Source of the DNA: a virus
IMG/VR virus record: IMGVR_UViG_3300049433_000110
Span: 5,592-69,591 of that record
Length of the DNA stretch: 64,000 nucleotides
Direction: 5' to 3' (one strand)
This document shows, one piece after another, positions 9,985 to 20,691 of the stretch (position 1 is its first letter; each line of letters begins with the position of its first letter). The translations under genes were made by a program, and so were the position numbers. The notes under the pieces were generated by a model. It was not told where the DNA came from. It searched no databases and saw only the letters and a program-made list of their open reading frames with translations.

Positions 9985-10629
9985 ATGAGACCGATCACTG
10001 CGAGCGTAGGGCCGCTGACCGCCGCCAGCGCGAATAATATCGCGTTGTCTCAGACACCGGGTGCCGCAGGGGCGCTGACGCTGAACGGCTCGCTCGTATC
10101 GGGCGGTGTCGCGGTGATCGGCAATCCCCAGCGCATCACGATCACGACGACCGACAACACGCACTCGTTCACCATCACGGGGACCACGTCGACCGGGTCG
10201 GTACTGACCGAAACGGTGACCGGCAATGGCACGAGCGCGACATCGCTGCTCGACTACGCCAAGGTGTCTTCCATCACGATCTCGGGCGCCGCTACAGGGG
10301 CGGTCACTGTCGGGACCAGTGGCACCGGAAGCACGCCGTGGGTGCGATTGGACGAGTGGGCCAGCCCCCCGGTCGGCATTCAGTGCAACGCCACCGGGAC
10401 GGTGAACTATACGGTGCAATCTACAAACGATGACCCGAACAGCCCTACCGATCCAGTATCACCATCCTCCACGACGTGGATCAACACCAACGATGCGAAT
10501 GCGGTGAATGCCACGGGCAACGTGCAGACCAATTACCTGTTTGCGCCGACCTTCGTACGCGTGTTGCTGAATAGCGGGTCCGGGTCAGTCAAAGCCACAG
10601 TGATCCAATACAATGTGGCCAGTCGGTAA
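9985..10629 (+). CDS. Virion structural protein
   Basis: Thr/Gly/Ser-rich; GTVNYTVQST.DDP motif. Confidence 0.65.
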   Translation: MRPITASVGPLTAASANNIALSQTPGAAGALTLNGSLVSGGVAVIGNPQRITITTTDNTHSFTITGTTSTGSVLTETVTGNGTSATSLLDYAKVSSITISGAATGAVTVGTSGTGSTPWVRLDEWASPPVGIQCNATGTVNYTVQSTNDDPNSPTDPVSPSSTTWINTNDANAVNATGNVQTNYLFAPTFVRVLLNSGSGSVKATVIQYNVASR

Positions 10630-12379
10630 ATTGTTTCGCAGCGCAATACTACTCTGCGCGTCCCTGCTGTGGATCTCAGCGTCCGCGCAGAATAGTCAGA
10701 GTGGGAATGCCTATACGCCGAACGTAGGTTCTCTTTCACAGTTACCGTCGATTGCCTCCGGCACCCTCCTCGGCAACTCCAGCGGCTCGACGGCGGCGCC
10801 GAGTGGATTGACAGCGATTCCGGGTGGAGTAGGACTGCCGGTGCTATCCAACGTCGGCACCAGTCTTTACCCGATCTACCAGAACCAGTTAGCGGCAACA
10901 ATCACTGCGACGAACGGTTCCAATACATTCACGTGCGTGACCGGCTGCTCTGGCTTCTACGTCGGTGCACTGTTGTATCAGTCTACCGCATTCCCCCTCA
11001 ATGCTACGGTCACGGACATCAGCGGTAGCCCTTCCATCGTCGTTACGAAGAATGCTTCAGCGGATGTTACCGCTGGAATCATGAGCATCGGATTCAACAA
11101 ATTCAACACGACGAGCGCGATTCTGGCCAACAACGTGGCCACCAAGAATCTATATGCGGGACAAGCCTCGCAGAACGGTTCCAACTGGACGGACGAGCAA
11201 CTGCCGAACTACTGCAATCGGGCGGCAGTCTGTACGTTGGGCGTTTCGGGTAGTCAGGCCAATGCGACGTTTGGCCTCCGAACGAGCGATAACACTTTCT
11301 CTGCTCCCACTGGCTCGATCAACGAAACGATCCTGTCCATCAACGACAACACGGGCACCTCCCACGACATGTGGGGTCTGTATATCCAGACCGAGGCGCT
11401 CGCCGGTGCCGGGACTAGTTCGGTTATTTTCGGTGTAGAGAATGACGTTGTAAACCAACACACCCCGGTTAACACCGATCCTTTCAGCGTTAATCAGATC
11501 AGCATGATCAACGCCTATCGCTTAGGGTGCGGCGCTGGCGTAGCGAATCAGACCTCGTGTACTACCGCCCTCGACATCGTCAACAACGGGCAGGCGTTCC
11601 GCACGGGGATCAATTTCGGCAGTACTGCATTGGACCATTCGGTGCTCACCCATCCTTCAGCTGTGTCGATGCCATCGGGGGCGAATGGCGATGCTCTATC
11701 TTGGTATCGTCAAACCGGATACTCGTTGCCCGCATGGCAGTTATATGCGACCAACACAACGACGGATGGCAACTTCATATCAGAGGGTGATGCGGCCCTT
11801 GCGGTAGGAGGAACGACCGGGAACTGGGCCAGTATTGGCAAAACGGCCACTACCGTCGGCAATGCAACGGATAATCCTACTTTCTCGGTGCTCGGGAGCG
11901 GCTCTGTCAGCTTTAACGGCGGCGGAGTGGTCACCGTACAGGCGCTCAATGCCTCTTATGTCAACGTATCCTCTGCAAGCACCATCCCCACCACGGGCAT
12001 CTACAGACCGGCCTCTAACCAGTTGGGGTTTTCATCTGCAAGCATCTTGAGAGGTCTGTTCGATGCCAATGGCATTTTGGATATCAACTATGCGGTCGCA
12101 TCCACCGGAACAAAGCCGACCGTTACCGGATGTTCCAATACGTCCACTCTGGGCGGAGCGACTGCCGGCTCTTACGTGTCTGGTACAACAGGAACTTGCA
12201 CGGTGACGATAACACTTCCGACCGGCCCCACGAACGGTTACGCCTGTTTTGCCCATGATGACACGACGGCTGCGGATTACACCCACTCAGCCATTGTTAC
12301 CACCGTGACCACACTGACGATCAGCGGCACTACTGTCAGCGGCGACAAAGTAGTGTGGGGGTGCCCGCTGGGCTATTGA
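10613..12379 (+). CDS. Fibre/spike-like protein with Sec signal peptide
   Basis: KLFRSAILLCASLLWISASA|Q; Thr/Gly/Asn-rich; 10 mature Cys in neighbouring pairs. Confidence 0.65.
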   Translation: MWPVGKLFRSAILLCASLLWISASAQNSQSGNAYTPNVGSLSQLPSIASGTLLGNSSGSTAAPSGLTAIPGGVGLPVLSNVGTSLYPIYQNQLAATITATNGSNTFTCVTGCSGFYVGALLYQSTAFPLNATVTDISGSPSIVVTKNASADVTAGIMSIGFNKFNTTSAILANNVATKNLYAGQASQNGSNWTDEQLPNYCNRAAVCTLGVSGSQANATFGLRTSDNTFSAPTGSINETILSINDNTGTSHDMWGLYIQTEALAGAGTSSVIFGVENDVVNQHTPVNTDPFSVNQISMINAYRLGCGAGVANQTSCTTALDIVNNGQAFRTGINFGSTALDHSVLTHPSAVSMPSGANGDALSWYRQTGYSLPAWQLYATNTTTDGNFISEGDAALAVGGTTGNWASIGKTATTVGNATDNPTFSVLGSGSVSFNGGGVVTVQALNASYVNVSSASTIPTTGIYRPASNQLGFSSASILRGLFDANGILDINYAVASTGTKPTVTGCSNTSTLGGATAGSYVSGTTGTCTVTITLPTGPTNGYACFAHDDTTAADYTHSAIVTTVTTLTISGTTVSGDKVVWGCPLGY

Positions 12380-12485
12380 TGGCACCCCTCCTACGACCTG
12401 AAGCCGTGTTTGACTACGACTGCGACGGATATTGACAAAATAGTTAACTGACATGACACCCACTAAATCCATGAGGTATTAAGCA

Positions 12486-12740
12486 ATGACACAGGTATAC
12501 AAGGCTCCCAACGGCCGCAACTGCGTGATCGCCGAGGGCGCAAAGCCAGCGAATCCCCACACGCTGATCGATGATCCCAAGCACAGCAGCGCTCACACGG
12601 ACCTGGGCCGGCAGGCAATGCAGTCGATGACGGAGAACAAATTGCAGGCCGAACACGTGATTGTGAACTACGTAGGACCCAATGGCGAAGTGCTGGGTAG
12701 TGAAGAGATTCGGCGCGACTCACTGACGCCAGCATCCTGA
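12486..12740 (+). CDS. Hypothetical protein
   Basis: GAGGT RBS; follows an AT-rich intergenic gap. Confidence 0.6.
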   Translation: MTQVYKAPNGRNCVIAEGAKPANPHTLIDDPKHSSAHTDLGRQAMQSMTENKLQAEHVIVNYVGPNGEVLGSEEIRRDSLTPAS

Positions 12741-12765
12741 AGATCGAAGAGGAAAGAAAGCCGTC

Positions 12766-15700
12766 GTGGCAAGCTTCCCGGGGCAGAAGGGCACTGGTCC
12801 GCCGCTACCGAACCCGGTGACGGGATTGATAGCGGTCGTGGTGAGCGCCGCGCAGGTGAATCTGTCGTGGGCGATCGTCTCGAATGCCACGAGCTACAAC
12901 GTGCTGCGCGGCGGTGTGTTGATCAGCTCCCCAGTAGTCCCCGCCTTGTCGGACACGACGGTGTCGGCCAACACGACCTATCTGTACACGGTGCAGGGGG
13001 TCAATTCCAATGGGGTGGGCGCGCCCAGTGCACCGGTCAGTGCGACGACGCCGCCCGCGCAGGTGACGGGGCTCACGGCGACGGTGTTGAGTTCCAGTTC
13101 GATCAGGTTGGATTGGAATGCCACGAGCGGGGCGAACACGTACACGGTCGACCGCGGCGGTTCGCCAGTCGGCACGGCGGGGGCCAACAGTTTTACGGAC
13201 ACGGGATTGGCGCCGAGCACGTCGTACACGTACGCGGTGGCGGCCAATGGGGCGGGAGGTCAGGGCGCTTTTTCTAGCCCTGCGAGTGCGACGACGCAGG
13301 CGGCCTCCGGTGGCACGATCATCTTTAATCCCCACGGGTCCGGCTTTGGGGGCACGGTGGGCAACATCGGCGGGGCCTCGCAGTTCACCGCCTCCGGAGC
13401 CAATGCCGACTGGCTCACGCAGATGACCAGCCTGGACAATGACAACAGCGTTGTCATGGCGGATGGGACGCATCCGATCAAACACATCAAGGTCGTGGTG
13501 AGTTGGCAGTTGTTGTTTCCCGTCACGCAAGGGGACTGGGCGAACAGTCAGGGGATCGGGCTGCTGACGACGCTGTTCAATAACGTCGCAGCGCTCAATC
13601 ACGGGCCTTATACGGTCTCGGTCGAATGCAATTCCGTGGGAAACACGTTTGGCACGGTCTCCTCCGGGGATGCGAAAAACATGATCCCGCTGTGGTGGTA
13701 CAACAATGCCACCTATGGACCGGTTGGAGGCAACAACTATGGCGGTGTCTCATGGCGCACCTCGCCCGCCTACGGACCCAATCTTCGCATCGACAATGCC
13801 AATGTGCTGTCGGAGATGGTCTCGGTGATGAGCGCGATCTACACCGCACTGGAAGCGGCCGGCCATCACATCTATATCTTCAATCCGTTTCAGGAGTTGT
13901 CACTCGGGGCCGCTGGCTGGATCAATATGGGCCTGACGGACACCAGTTTTAAAACCGCCAATGCGGTGTTTGCAGCCAATCTGCGCGCGGCGATGCCCAA
14001 GAGCATGTTGGCCGTTGATCTCACCTATCCTTCGCAAAGCGGCATGCCGGGCGTTCCGGCCATGTTGGAAACGTTTCTGCCCAACAAGTGGTCTTGCAGT
14101 AACTACGATGCCTGCAACCCGAATGTCCCTTCCGATATCACATCCACGCAGGCATTGCCGCGCATCGCGCAAGGAGATTTGGCATTCTGCGGCCAGAACA
14201 CGCTCAACGGATCGGTGGTCACTAAGAATTACAAGGCGCTGGGATATGACTTCCAGTGTGACTCGTGCACAGACGAGTTAGGATTGAGGAATGCACCGCA
14301 CAGCGTACTGCCGGCGCAGATCGGATCGGGAAGAATCCCGGACGTACTGACCAATGATACGTATTGCGGATCATCACATCACTTCTTCCAGTGGGCCAAC
14401 AACGGGCCGCCCTGTAACGCGAACAGCGGCGGTTCCGGCCCTGCAAACTATGCGGTGAACGGCGTGACGGTGACGGCGAGCAATCTCGCCGCGTATCTTG
14501 CGCAGATCGGGGTCGGCGCACTCAATCCGACCAGGCCGTCGACATTCGGCACAGGTGGCACGTTAGCAGCGCCGGCGAACTTACGGTGGATCAATCAGGG
14601 CGGCCCGAATAACTTCGATAGCGGGCATCCCAGTTCCAGCTCGAGCACGAATGCCATTCAGTGGGATCCGGTAACTACAGGCACGGGCTACAACGTCTAC
14701 CGATCCAAGAACGGGGGTGCGTTTACCCTTCTGGCCACTAACGTTCAGCCCCAGACGTTCGTGGGTTCGATCGCGCTGGGCCCGGGTGGGATCGGTGGAC
14801 GGCTGACGGTCACCACTGACAACACCGGTGGCAAGATCTTCCCGGGCACCGTCCTCGATGGCAACGCAGGCGTCACCGCTGAGACCACGATCAGCGACCG
14901 GTACACCGGGGGCAACCAGAACGGCACGACGACGGGGACGGGAGGTACGGGTACTTATCCTCTCAACATCCCTCAGACGCTCAGCTCGCGCACCTTCACG
15001 GTGTGTATGTTCATCGACACGACAGCGACGAATTCGAACAATGACCTGTACACCGGGCCAAACGACATCTATGACTACAACGTCTCTACTCTGAACGCAG
15101 CAGGCGAGGGGCCACAGACTACCAACATCACGATGTGGGGCTATCGCAACGGCTACACCTTGTGGCACGGCCTGCAGTCGCTTCCTCACGGAGAAGAGGT
15201 TTCTTTCGGGATGCCCAACTCGTTCTACAACTCGACTAACGGTAACCCGCAGGGCGGCCCGTTTTGTTGGGAGTACACGGTCAACCAGGGATTACAGCCC
15301 GGCACTGATACTCCCCAGGTCCCGGAATGGACGCTGGAAACCGGTTGGGCTGGGTACATGATGTTCGACTTCAATCCGGGCGCGGCCTATACGGGCTGGC
15401 CGCTGGATGGAATGGGAAGTGTCTCCCGAGTCCCGCCCGGGGACGTATTCGGCAAGCTTCCGCAGTTTGATGCTCTCGCCTATGCGCAAGGCGCGGTAGC
15501 TGCCAATACCTGGGTGACAGTCAAGATTCCCATGGGCGTGTTCGGCATGACGCGCAACAGTTTCACCGGCAGCATTTCGAACGGCTCCGGAGGCGCCGGC
15601 TCCACGTGCTCCGTGACTGCGGTAGGCGGTGGATTGTTTGGAGGCGCGGGAACGTTTGATAATTCCGGTTACATCACGGGCACGGGAATCCCTGCCGGTA

Positions 15701-15930
15701 GCTGGGTCAATTCGAATCTGACATTGGGAACGGGTCCCGGCGGCTCAGGCCCCGGCAGCACGTGGCAGATCCTCAACGGAACAGGCGCGGGCACTCCAGT
15801 CAGTGTCAACGTGACTTCCGATGGAACATGGGCGTATTCCCGAACGAGCTTGTACAAATTCCCCCTCTACACCCGAAGCGGGCCAACTCAGCAGTCATTT
15901 CTCAATAACCTCCGGTTTTCGAGGACCTGA
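12766..15930 (+). CDS. Large FN3-repeat protein with probable glycosidase-like and carbohydrate-binding domains
   Basis: Two N-terminal FN3 (VNLSW...YNVLRGG...YTVQG; IRLDW...YAVAA), a third FN3 near 14560, C-terminal WVTVKIP CBM-like segment. Confidence 0.7.
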   Translation: MASFPGQKGTGPPLPNPVTGLIAVVVSAAQVNLSWAIVSNATSYNVLRGGVLISSPVVPALSDTTVSANTTYLYTVQGVNSNGVGAPSAPVSATTPPAQVTGLTATVLSSSSIRLDWNATSGANTYTVDRGGSPVGTAGANSFTDTGLAPSTSYTYAVAANGAGGQGAFSSPASATTQAASGGTIIFNPHGSGFGGTVGNIGGASQFTASGANADWLTQMTSLDNDNSVVMADGTHPIKHIKVVVSWQLLFPVTQGDWANSQGIGLLTTLFNNVAALNHGPYTVSVECNSVGNTFGTVSSGDAKNMIPLWWYNNATYGPVGGNNYGGVSWRTSPAYGPNLRIDNANVLSEMVSVMSAIYTALEAAGHHIYIFNPFQELSLGAAGWINMGLTDTSFKTANAVFAANLRAAMPKSMLAVDLTYPSQSGMPGVPAMLETFLPNKWSCSNYDACNPNVPSDITSTQALPRIAQGDLAFCGQNTLNGSVVTKNYKALGYDFQCDSCTDELGLRNAPHSVLPAQIGSGRIPDVLTNDTYCGSSHHFFQWANNGPPCNANSGGSGPANYAVNGVTVTASNLAAYLAQIGVGALNPTRPSTFGTGGTLAAPANLRWINQGGPNNFDSGHPSSSSSTNAIQWDPVTTGTGYNVYRSKNGGAFTLLATNVQPQTFVGSIALGPGGIGGRLTVTTDNTGGKIFPGTVLDGNAGVTAETTISDRYTGGNQNGTTTGTGGTGTYPLNIPQTLSSRTFTVCMFIDTTATNSNNDLYTGPNDIYDYNVSTLNAAGEGPQTTNITMWGYRNGYTLWHGLQSLPHGEEVSFGMPNSFYNSTNGNPQGGPFCWEYTVNQGLQPGTDTPQVPEWTLETGWAGYMMFDFNPGAAYTGWPLDGMGSVSRVPPGDVFGKLPQFDALAYAQGAVAANTWVTVKIPMGVFGMTRNSFTGSISNGSGGAGSTCSVTAVGGGLFGGAGTFDNSGYITGTGIPAGSWVNSNLTLGTGPGGSGPGSTWQILNGTGAGTPVSVNVTSDGTWAYSRTSLYKFPLYTRSGPTQQSFLNNLRFSRT

Positions 15931-17555
15931 TGGCCGCGGACATCCGACAAAGCGCATTCAGCCAGTCGCAACCCGGCAGTGCGTTTGTAAACCCGATTCC
16001 GGTTTGCGAACCGTCCGCCACGGTGTCCGGCAACGCCATCATTGCTTTCGGCGCCAGTTCTTATGACGTCTCGGCCCAGACATTTACTTGCACCGACACT
16101 CTGGGGCAGACCTACACCCAGATCGACTACCTGTCGCAATCGGGTGCGTACAACTTTGCGACGTTCATCTGCCAGAACGCGCTGTCGCTGCCCGCCCCGG
16201 TCGCGATCACTTTTACGGGCTCTGTTGCAATCAGTGCAGCTTCGACCACGCTCTCATCGCCATGGGCTGGGACGACTGCCACTTACATCATTCGGTTCAG
16301 CACCGGGGAATGCAGGGCATCCACACTCACCAACGGCTCTACTACTTGCACATGGAGCCAAGGCTTGGGGCAAGCTGCCACTGCCTCGGCAACGGCAGGT
16401 AGCGGCCCGTACTTCAACCAAAGCGGTGGCAACGGGGATGCTACGGTTGCAGGTATTCTTGAAATAGAGAACGTGCCCCCATCGGGCGTTCTGGTCGCGC
16501 ACAACGCAGCGATTAGAAACAGCATCACGAATGGCGCCAACACGCTCAACCCGGGAAGTCTGGCTTGCGGATCGGGCAATGGCCTGTTGGTCATGCTCGT
16601 TGCCAATGCCACCAATAACACCGGCTCACCCTCTTACACGCCTCTCGTGGGTACTTCGCCGGTCTCCTTCACCCAGTTCGGCAGTTCGTTTGTCAACTAC
16701 GGCGGAGACATCGCAACCAATGCCTTTATCTGGCAGTCTGCGCATCTCACAGCTCCTGGCACGATCACGCCGACGGCCGGTACGCAAGAGACCGGGGCTG
16801 AGACCTATTACGTTTTCGGGATGTTCTTTGCGGATGCGGCGCCCATCGTTCGCAAGTGGCACGGCACCGTTGCGCGCGGAAGCGGTTCCGTCACGCCCAC
16901 CACGAACGGCAGTTATGCGGCCGGCGACACACTGATCTATTACACGTATCAGGATTCTGCAGGCACCAACGGCAGTGCGGTGGTGTCCGGCATCAACTCG
17001 CCCTGGACGGCGATTGATTTTGATACCAACGCGCCGCAACTGCGGGCCTTTCGCCTCAATGTGGTGACGGGAAGCGAGTCGATTCCGACGGCGACGTGGG
17101 GTACCGGGCAGCCCTGCGGTGCCAAGTTGGTGTGTTTATCCGGGGTGGACCCCAGTGCCACGGGCGGTACGCCGGTGGATCGCGTGACCAACACGACGGG
17201 GAATATCGTATCCCCGACCGTGGGTCGTACGCCGAGCGTGGATGGGTGTTATTGCTCGTGGTACGGCACGCACGTCAAAACCGCGACCTCCAACACCAAC
17301 TCGTGGACCCCACCCACGAGCTTCACGCTGCTGGATTCTGACAATCCGCCCGGCGGCGCAGCCGCCTTTGTGCTGGGTGAGTGGATCCAGAGCACGGCCA
17401 CCGCGATCGGGGCCAGCATCGTGTTCACGGCCGCGACCCCCGATACCAGCGCGGCGATGCAGTCGGCGTTCTTCATCCTGGCGCCGGCCAGGACGGCACC
17501 ACCACCCTCACCGCCGACCTCAAAGGGCGGCATGAACGTACAGGTGTGCATGTGA
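15930..17555 (+). CDS. Beta-rich virion/decoration protein
   Basis: Repeated GNAII/AGDTLI beta-sandwich-like units; start overlaps upstream stop. Confidence 0.6.
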   Translation: MAADIRQSAFSQSQPGSAFVNPIPVCEPSATVSGNAIIAFGASSYDVSAQTFTCTDTLGQTYTQIDYLSQSGAYNFATFICQNALSLPAPVAITFTGSVAISAASTTLSSPWAGTTATYIIRFSTGECRASTLTNGSTTCTWSQGLGQAATASATAGSGPYFNQSGGNGDATVAGILEIENVPPSGVLVAHNAAIRNSITNGANTLNPGSLACGSGNGLLVMLVANATNNTGSPSYTPLVGTSPVSFTQFGSSFVNYGGDIATNAFIWQSAHLTAPGTITPTAGTQETGAETYYVFGMFFADAAPIVRKWHGTVARGSGSVTPTTNGSYAAGDTLIYYTYQDSAGTNGSAVVSGINSPWTAIDFDTNAPQLRAFRLNVVTGSESIPTATWGTGQPCGAKLVCLSGVDPSATGGTPVDRVTNTTGNIVSPTVGRTPSVDGCYCSWYGTHVKTATSNTNSWTPPTSFTLLDSDNPPGGAAAFVLGEWIQSTATAIGASIVFTAATPDTSAAMQSAFFILAPARTAPPPSPPTSKGGMNVQVCM

Positions 17556-17833
17556 ATGCCTTCGACTACATGCTTCCTCCCAAGGAGCAGTTTCACCTCA
17601 CCGAGAATTACGTCTCGAGCCCGCCTGCGCTCACCATCTTTGATGAGGCCGGAGCGGTGTGGTGTCTCGACACTGACATGCAACCGGGGCCGTTTGGCGA
17701 GTATGCTTTTTCCGTGCTGCGCAATGGTGTGCGCACTGGCGCCGTGGCGTCTCGGATTGAAAGACGTAACGGCAAGATCCGCGTTTTCACCGTCGATGGC
17801 TGGCGCCAATGGACGGGACGATCGTTTGCTTAG
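17552..17833 (+). CDS. Hypothetical protein
   Basis: GTGA overlap with upstream stop. Confidence 0.55.
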   Translation: MNAFDYMLPPKEQFHLTENYVSSPPALTIFDEAGAVWCLDTDMQPGPFGEYAFSVLRNGVRTGAVASRIERRNGKIRVFTVDGWRQWTGRSFA

Positions 17834-17887
17834 GCCCTGTTTTATCGAGTACTCTCAAACTTGAGCGTTACGCTCTGGAGTTGATTT

Positions 17888-18376
17888 ATGGCACGAGTTT
17901 ACACACTGGCGGGAGCGAACCTGACTCTTGCCAACCAAGCCGTCACCCTCGCGTTCGTGAATGTCGGCGCGACGACCTCCCTTGAGTTTTTGCGCGCGTG
18001 GGCGTCGCAGTCGAGCTCGAACAACACGGCTCAGCAGCGCGTGCAACTCAATACTCAGGTGTCGGCGTTTCCCACCCTGACCTCACAGACCCCATCGAAG
18101 AACTGGACTCTGGATCCCGCATCGCAAATCGTGGGCGGTGCGGCGGGTGCGGCAGGCACTTCGGGTGTCAACGCATCGGCGGAGGGCGCCGGCGCGAAGT
18201 CGATTATCTACCCGGATGCCTTCTCGATCGTGAATGGATATCTTTGGGTGCCCACACCGCCTGAGACTCTGACGCTGAATGCGAGCGCCACCTCGGGCCT
18301 GGGACTCCATTTTCCGGCAGCACCAGGCTCGCTCGGCAACTGGAACGGCGGCCTCGTGTTTAGAGAAACCGCGTAA
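17888..18376 (+). CDS. Probable structural protein
   Basis: GGAG RBS; NGYLWVPTP.E motif. Confidence 0.6.
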   Translation: MARVYTLAGANLTLANQAVTLAFVNVGATTSLEFLRAWASQSSSNNTAQQRVQLNTQVSAFPTLTSQTPSKNWTLDPASQIVGGAAGAAGTSGVNASAEGAGAKSIIYPDAFSIVNGYLWVPTPPETLTLNASATSGLGLHFPAAPGSLGNWNGGLVFRETA

Positions 18377-18407
18377 TCCACGCTCGCTAGGTCATTAGGA
18401 GAGGCCA

Positions 18408-19616
18408 GTGGGGCACTGGTATAACCCGCCGCCTCCGCAACCGGCCGCCGTTCACCTTCCGCCGAATGCGACGGCGTCGGCCAATATCCCGCCCAATCCT
18501 GTTGGGTCGGGATCGCTGTTGATTCGATCGACGTGGCCCCAAGAGTCATGGCCAAGTCAGGTGTTGATTGGCGGCGGCGTCGGAGCGCTCACGGCTGCTG
18601 TCTTTACGCCTCCGACGGCTATTGCAGCGACCAATCCGGCCCTGTTGGCAGCGATCCGGCAGGCATGGCCACCCGAGCTATGGGCGACACAGCGCGCCGC
18701 TCAAATCGCGAGCCTCCTCGCTGCAGTGATCAATCCGCCAGTGGCGTATCCGTCGCCACCCGCCTCTCTCGGATCCTTGCGAGGCAGTTGGCCGCAGGAA
18801 TCGTGGTACGCGCAATCGGAATCGGGCATTGCCTCGGGGCTCGCGCAGACTCAACTGCCCGCGGTCTATTCGCCGAACTGGTACGGCGACACGCTTCTGC
18901 TACTGGTGTCGACGTGGCCTCGGGAGGATTGGCGGGCACAGACCGGCGCACGGTATGCGGCATGGATACCACCCCCCGCAACGGCCATCCCGACTGCGAT
19001 CCGACATCCGGAAATCCTGCTTTGGACGCCGGACACGTGGGGAGCTCAATCCGGCACGAGGGCAGCCCCCATTCTCGCCCAGGCACCCGCGTCGCAGCCG
19101 TATGTAAACCGATGGCTCTCGGCGGCTTTGCGTTCGACATGGTTGCCCGAGGATTGGCCCGCGCAGACTTTCCCCGATATCGCAGGCGGCCAGTCGCCGT
19201 TGGCACCGCCGCTGCCGCTGCCGCCGTCACAATTCACAATCTCTCTGTGGCCCGTCGAATTCTGGGGACCCCAAGGCGGCACGCGAGACGCCGCGATTCT
19301 CGCCAGCCCCCAGATCCTCATATTCATGCCGTTCGTGGTGGGCGAGTTGCGGGACGTGGCGATCGCGCAGTTGCAGTCCCTATTCGCGCCGACCATCACC
19401 CTGCAGTATGTTTTCTCAGGCGCCCCCGTACTGACCGTTGTCGCCCAATCAATCCCTGTGGGTACGCTGGTATTCCCAGGGGAGGCCGTTACCCTGCAAA
19501 TATCCCTTGGGCATCGACACGGCCCGCTACCGTGCCCCATCGTTGAGAGTATCCTCATCAGCAACATTCCGGTGGTTCTGAGCATCTTGCCCCCCAACAA
19601 GACGGTGATCCATTGA
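18408..19616 (+). CDS. Pro/Trp-repeat protein with C-terminal PASTA-like domain
   Basis: Seven W-x-x-[ED]-x-W-x-x-Q repeats; MPFVVG...AIAQL...VVAQSIPVGTLVFPGEAVTLQISLG. Confidence 0.65.
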   Translation: MGHWYNPPPPQPAAVHLPPNATASANIPPNPVGSGSLLIRSTWPQESWPSQVLIGGGVGALTAAVFTPPTAIAATNPALLAAIRQAWPPELWATQRAAQIASLLAAVINPPVAYPSPPASLGSLRGSWPQESWYAQSESGIASGLAQTQLPAVYSPNWYGDTLLLLVSTWPREDWRAQTGARYAAWIPPPATAIPTAIRHPEILLWTPDTWGAQSGTRAAPILAQAPASQPYVNRWLSAALRSTWLPEDWPAQTFPDIAGGQSPLAPPLPLPPSQFTISLWPVEFWGPQGGTRDAAILASPQILIFMPFVVGELRDVAIAQLQSLFAPTITLQYVFSGAPVLTVVAQSIPVGTLVFPGEAVTLQISLGHRHGPLPCPIVESILISNIPVVLSILPPNKTVIH

Positions 19617-20002
19617 ACTGCGCGTGCTCCTCCTCGTGTGAGGCATTTGCCTTCGATTTGTGCATCCAGCAGTGGGCGACCTACAGCCAAGCGTTCACGT
19701 GGCTGTCGCCGCAAGTCGTCGCCAATGGGGGGCAGCAGGTGTTGCCGGTTGATCTGACGGGGTACACGGCAACATTGCAGATTCTCCCGTATCCGCTCGC
19801 GACGGCCATCCTTTACGATGCCAGTTCAAACATCACGCTCGGGGGACCCACGGGGATCATTACTATCAACATTCCTGCGGCAGTGACGGGCGCCTTCACG
19901 TGGTGGGCTGGCGTGTATGACCTGCTGTTGACAGACCTCGCTGGGACTGTGACGCGGTTCACGCAGGGGAATGTGACAGTGTCTCCGGGGGTGTCTACGT
20001 GA
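19613..20002 (+). CDS. Ig-like virion protein (BppU-N-like)
   Basis: IQQWAT...PVDLTGYTA...GVYDLLL...GNVTVSPGV. Confidence 0.65.
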   Translation: MNCACSSSCEAFAFDLCIQQWATYSQAFTWLSPQVVANGGQQVLPVDLTGYTATLQILPYPLATAILYDASSNITLGGPTGIITINIPAAVTGAFTWWAGVYDLLLTDLAGTVTRFTQGNVTVSPGVST

Positions 20003-20691
20003 GCATGAAGACATCAGGTACCTACGCCTTCGCACCCTCGATGGGAGAGGCAGTTCTGTACGCTTTCGGGTTGTGCGGCGTGCGCCGTACCGCAATCACC
20101 CAACAGCACATGGAAGACGCCCGCATGGCGACCAACATGTTGATGGGGCGCTGGAGCGCGGATGGAGTCAACTTATGGCAGGTTGACTTGGTCAGCTTTC
20201 CTCTTATTAAAGGGCAACCGACATACCCCGTCCCCTGCAACACGATCGTGATGCTCGATATGTACTACACGATCAACAATGGCGCACAGTCTATAGACCG
20301 AATCGTCACTCCAGTGAGTCGTACGGAGTACGCGAGCTATCCCAACAAGAATCAGCAGGGAAGCCCGACCGTAGCATGGTTCAACAGACTGCTATCTCCC
20401 ACTGTTACCTTGTGGTTGGTACCTAACGGACAGCAAGCCTCCTTCAGTTACTATCGACTGCGACAAACACAGGATTCTGAATTTAAGAATGGAACTAACG
20501 TCGAGATTCCCCCGTACTTTTTGGAATCTTATGTATTCGGTCTGGCAACTCGACTGGCTGCTATTTGGGCGCCTGACAGAGCGGTGGGACTGAAAGCAAT
20601 GGCGGATGAGGCTTGGGGGATCGCAAGCAGACAAAACATCGAGCAATCGAATTTTTACGTCTCTCCTAGTGTGGGAGGATATTTCCGGTGA
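19999..20691 (+). CDS. Head-tail adaptor/connector
   Basis: TSGTYAF...WSADGVNLWQV...SRTEYASYPNK.QQGSP...LWLVP. Confidence 0.7.
   Translation: MSMKTSGTYAFAPSMGEAVLYAFGLCGVRRTAITQQHMEDARMATNMLMGRWSADGVNLWQVDLVSFPLIKGQPTYPVPCNTIVMLDMYYTINNGAQSIDRIVTPVSRTEYASYPNKNQQGSPTVAWFNRLLSPTVTLWLVPNGQQASFSYYRLRQTQDSEFKNGTNVEIPPYFLESYVFGLATRLAAIWAPDRAVGLKAMADEAWGIASRQNIEQSNFYVSPSVGGYFR

Noticed and set aside
12380-12485. Sigma70 promoter at TTGACA 12432
   Set aside because: No acceptable -10 box at 16-18 bp spacing.
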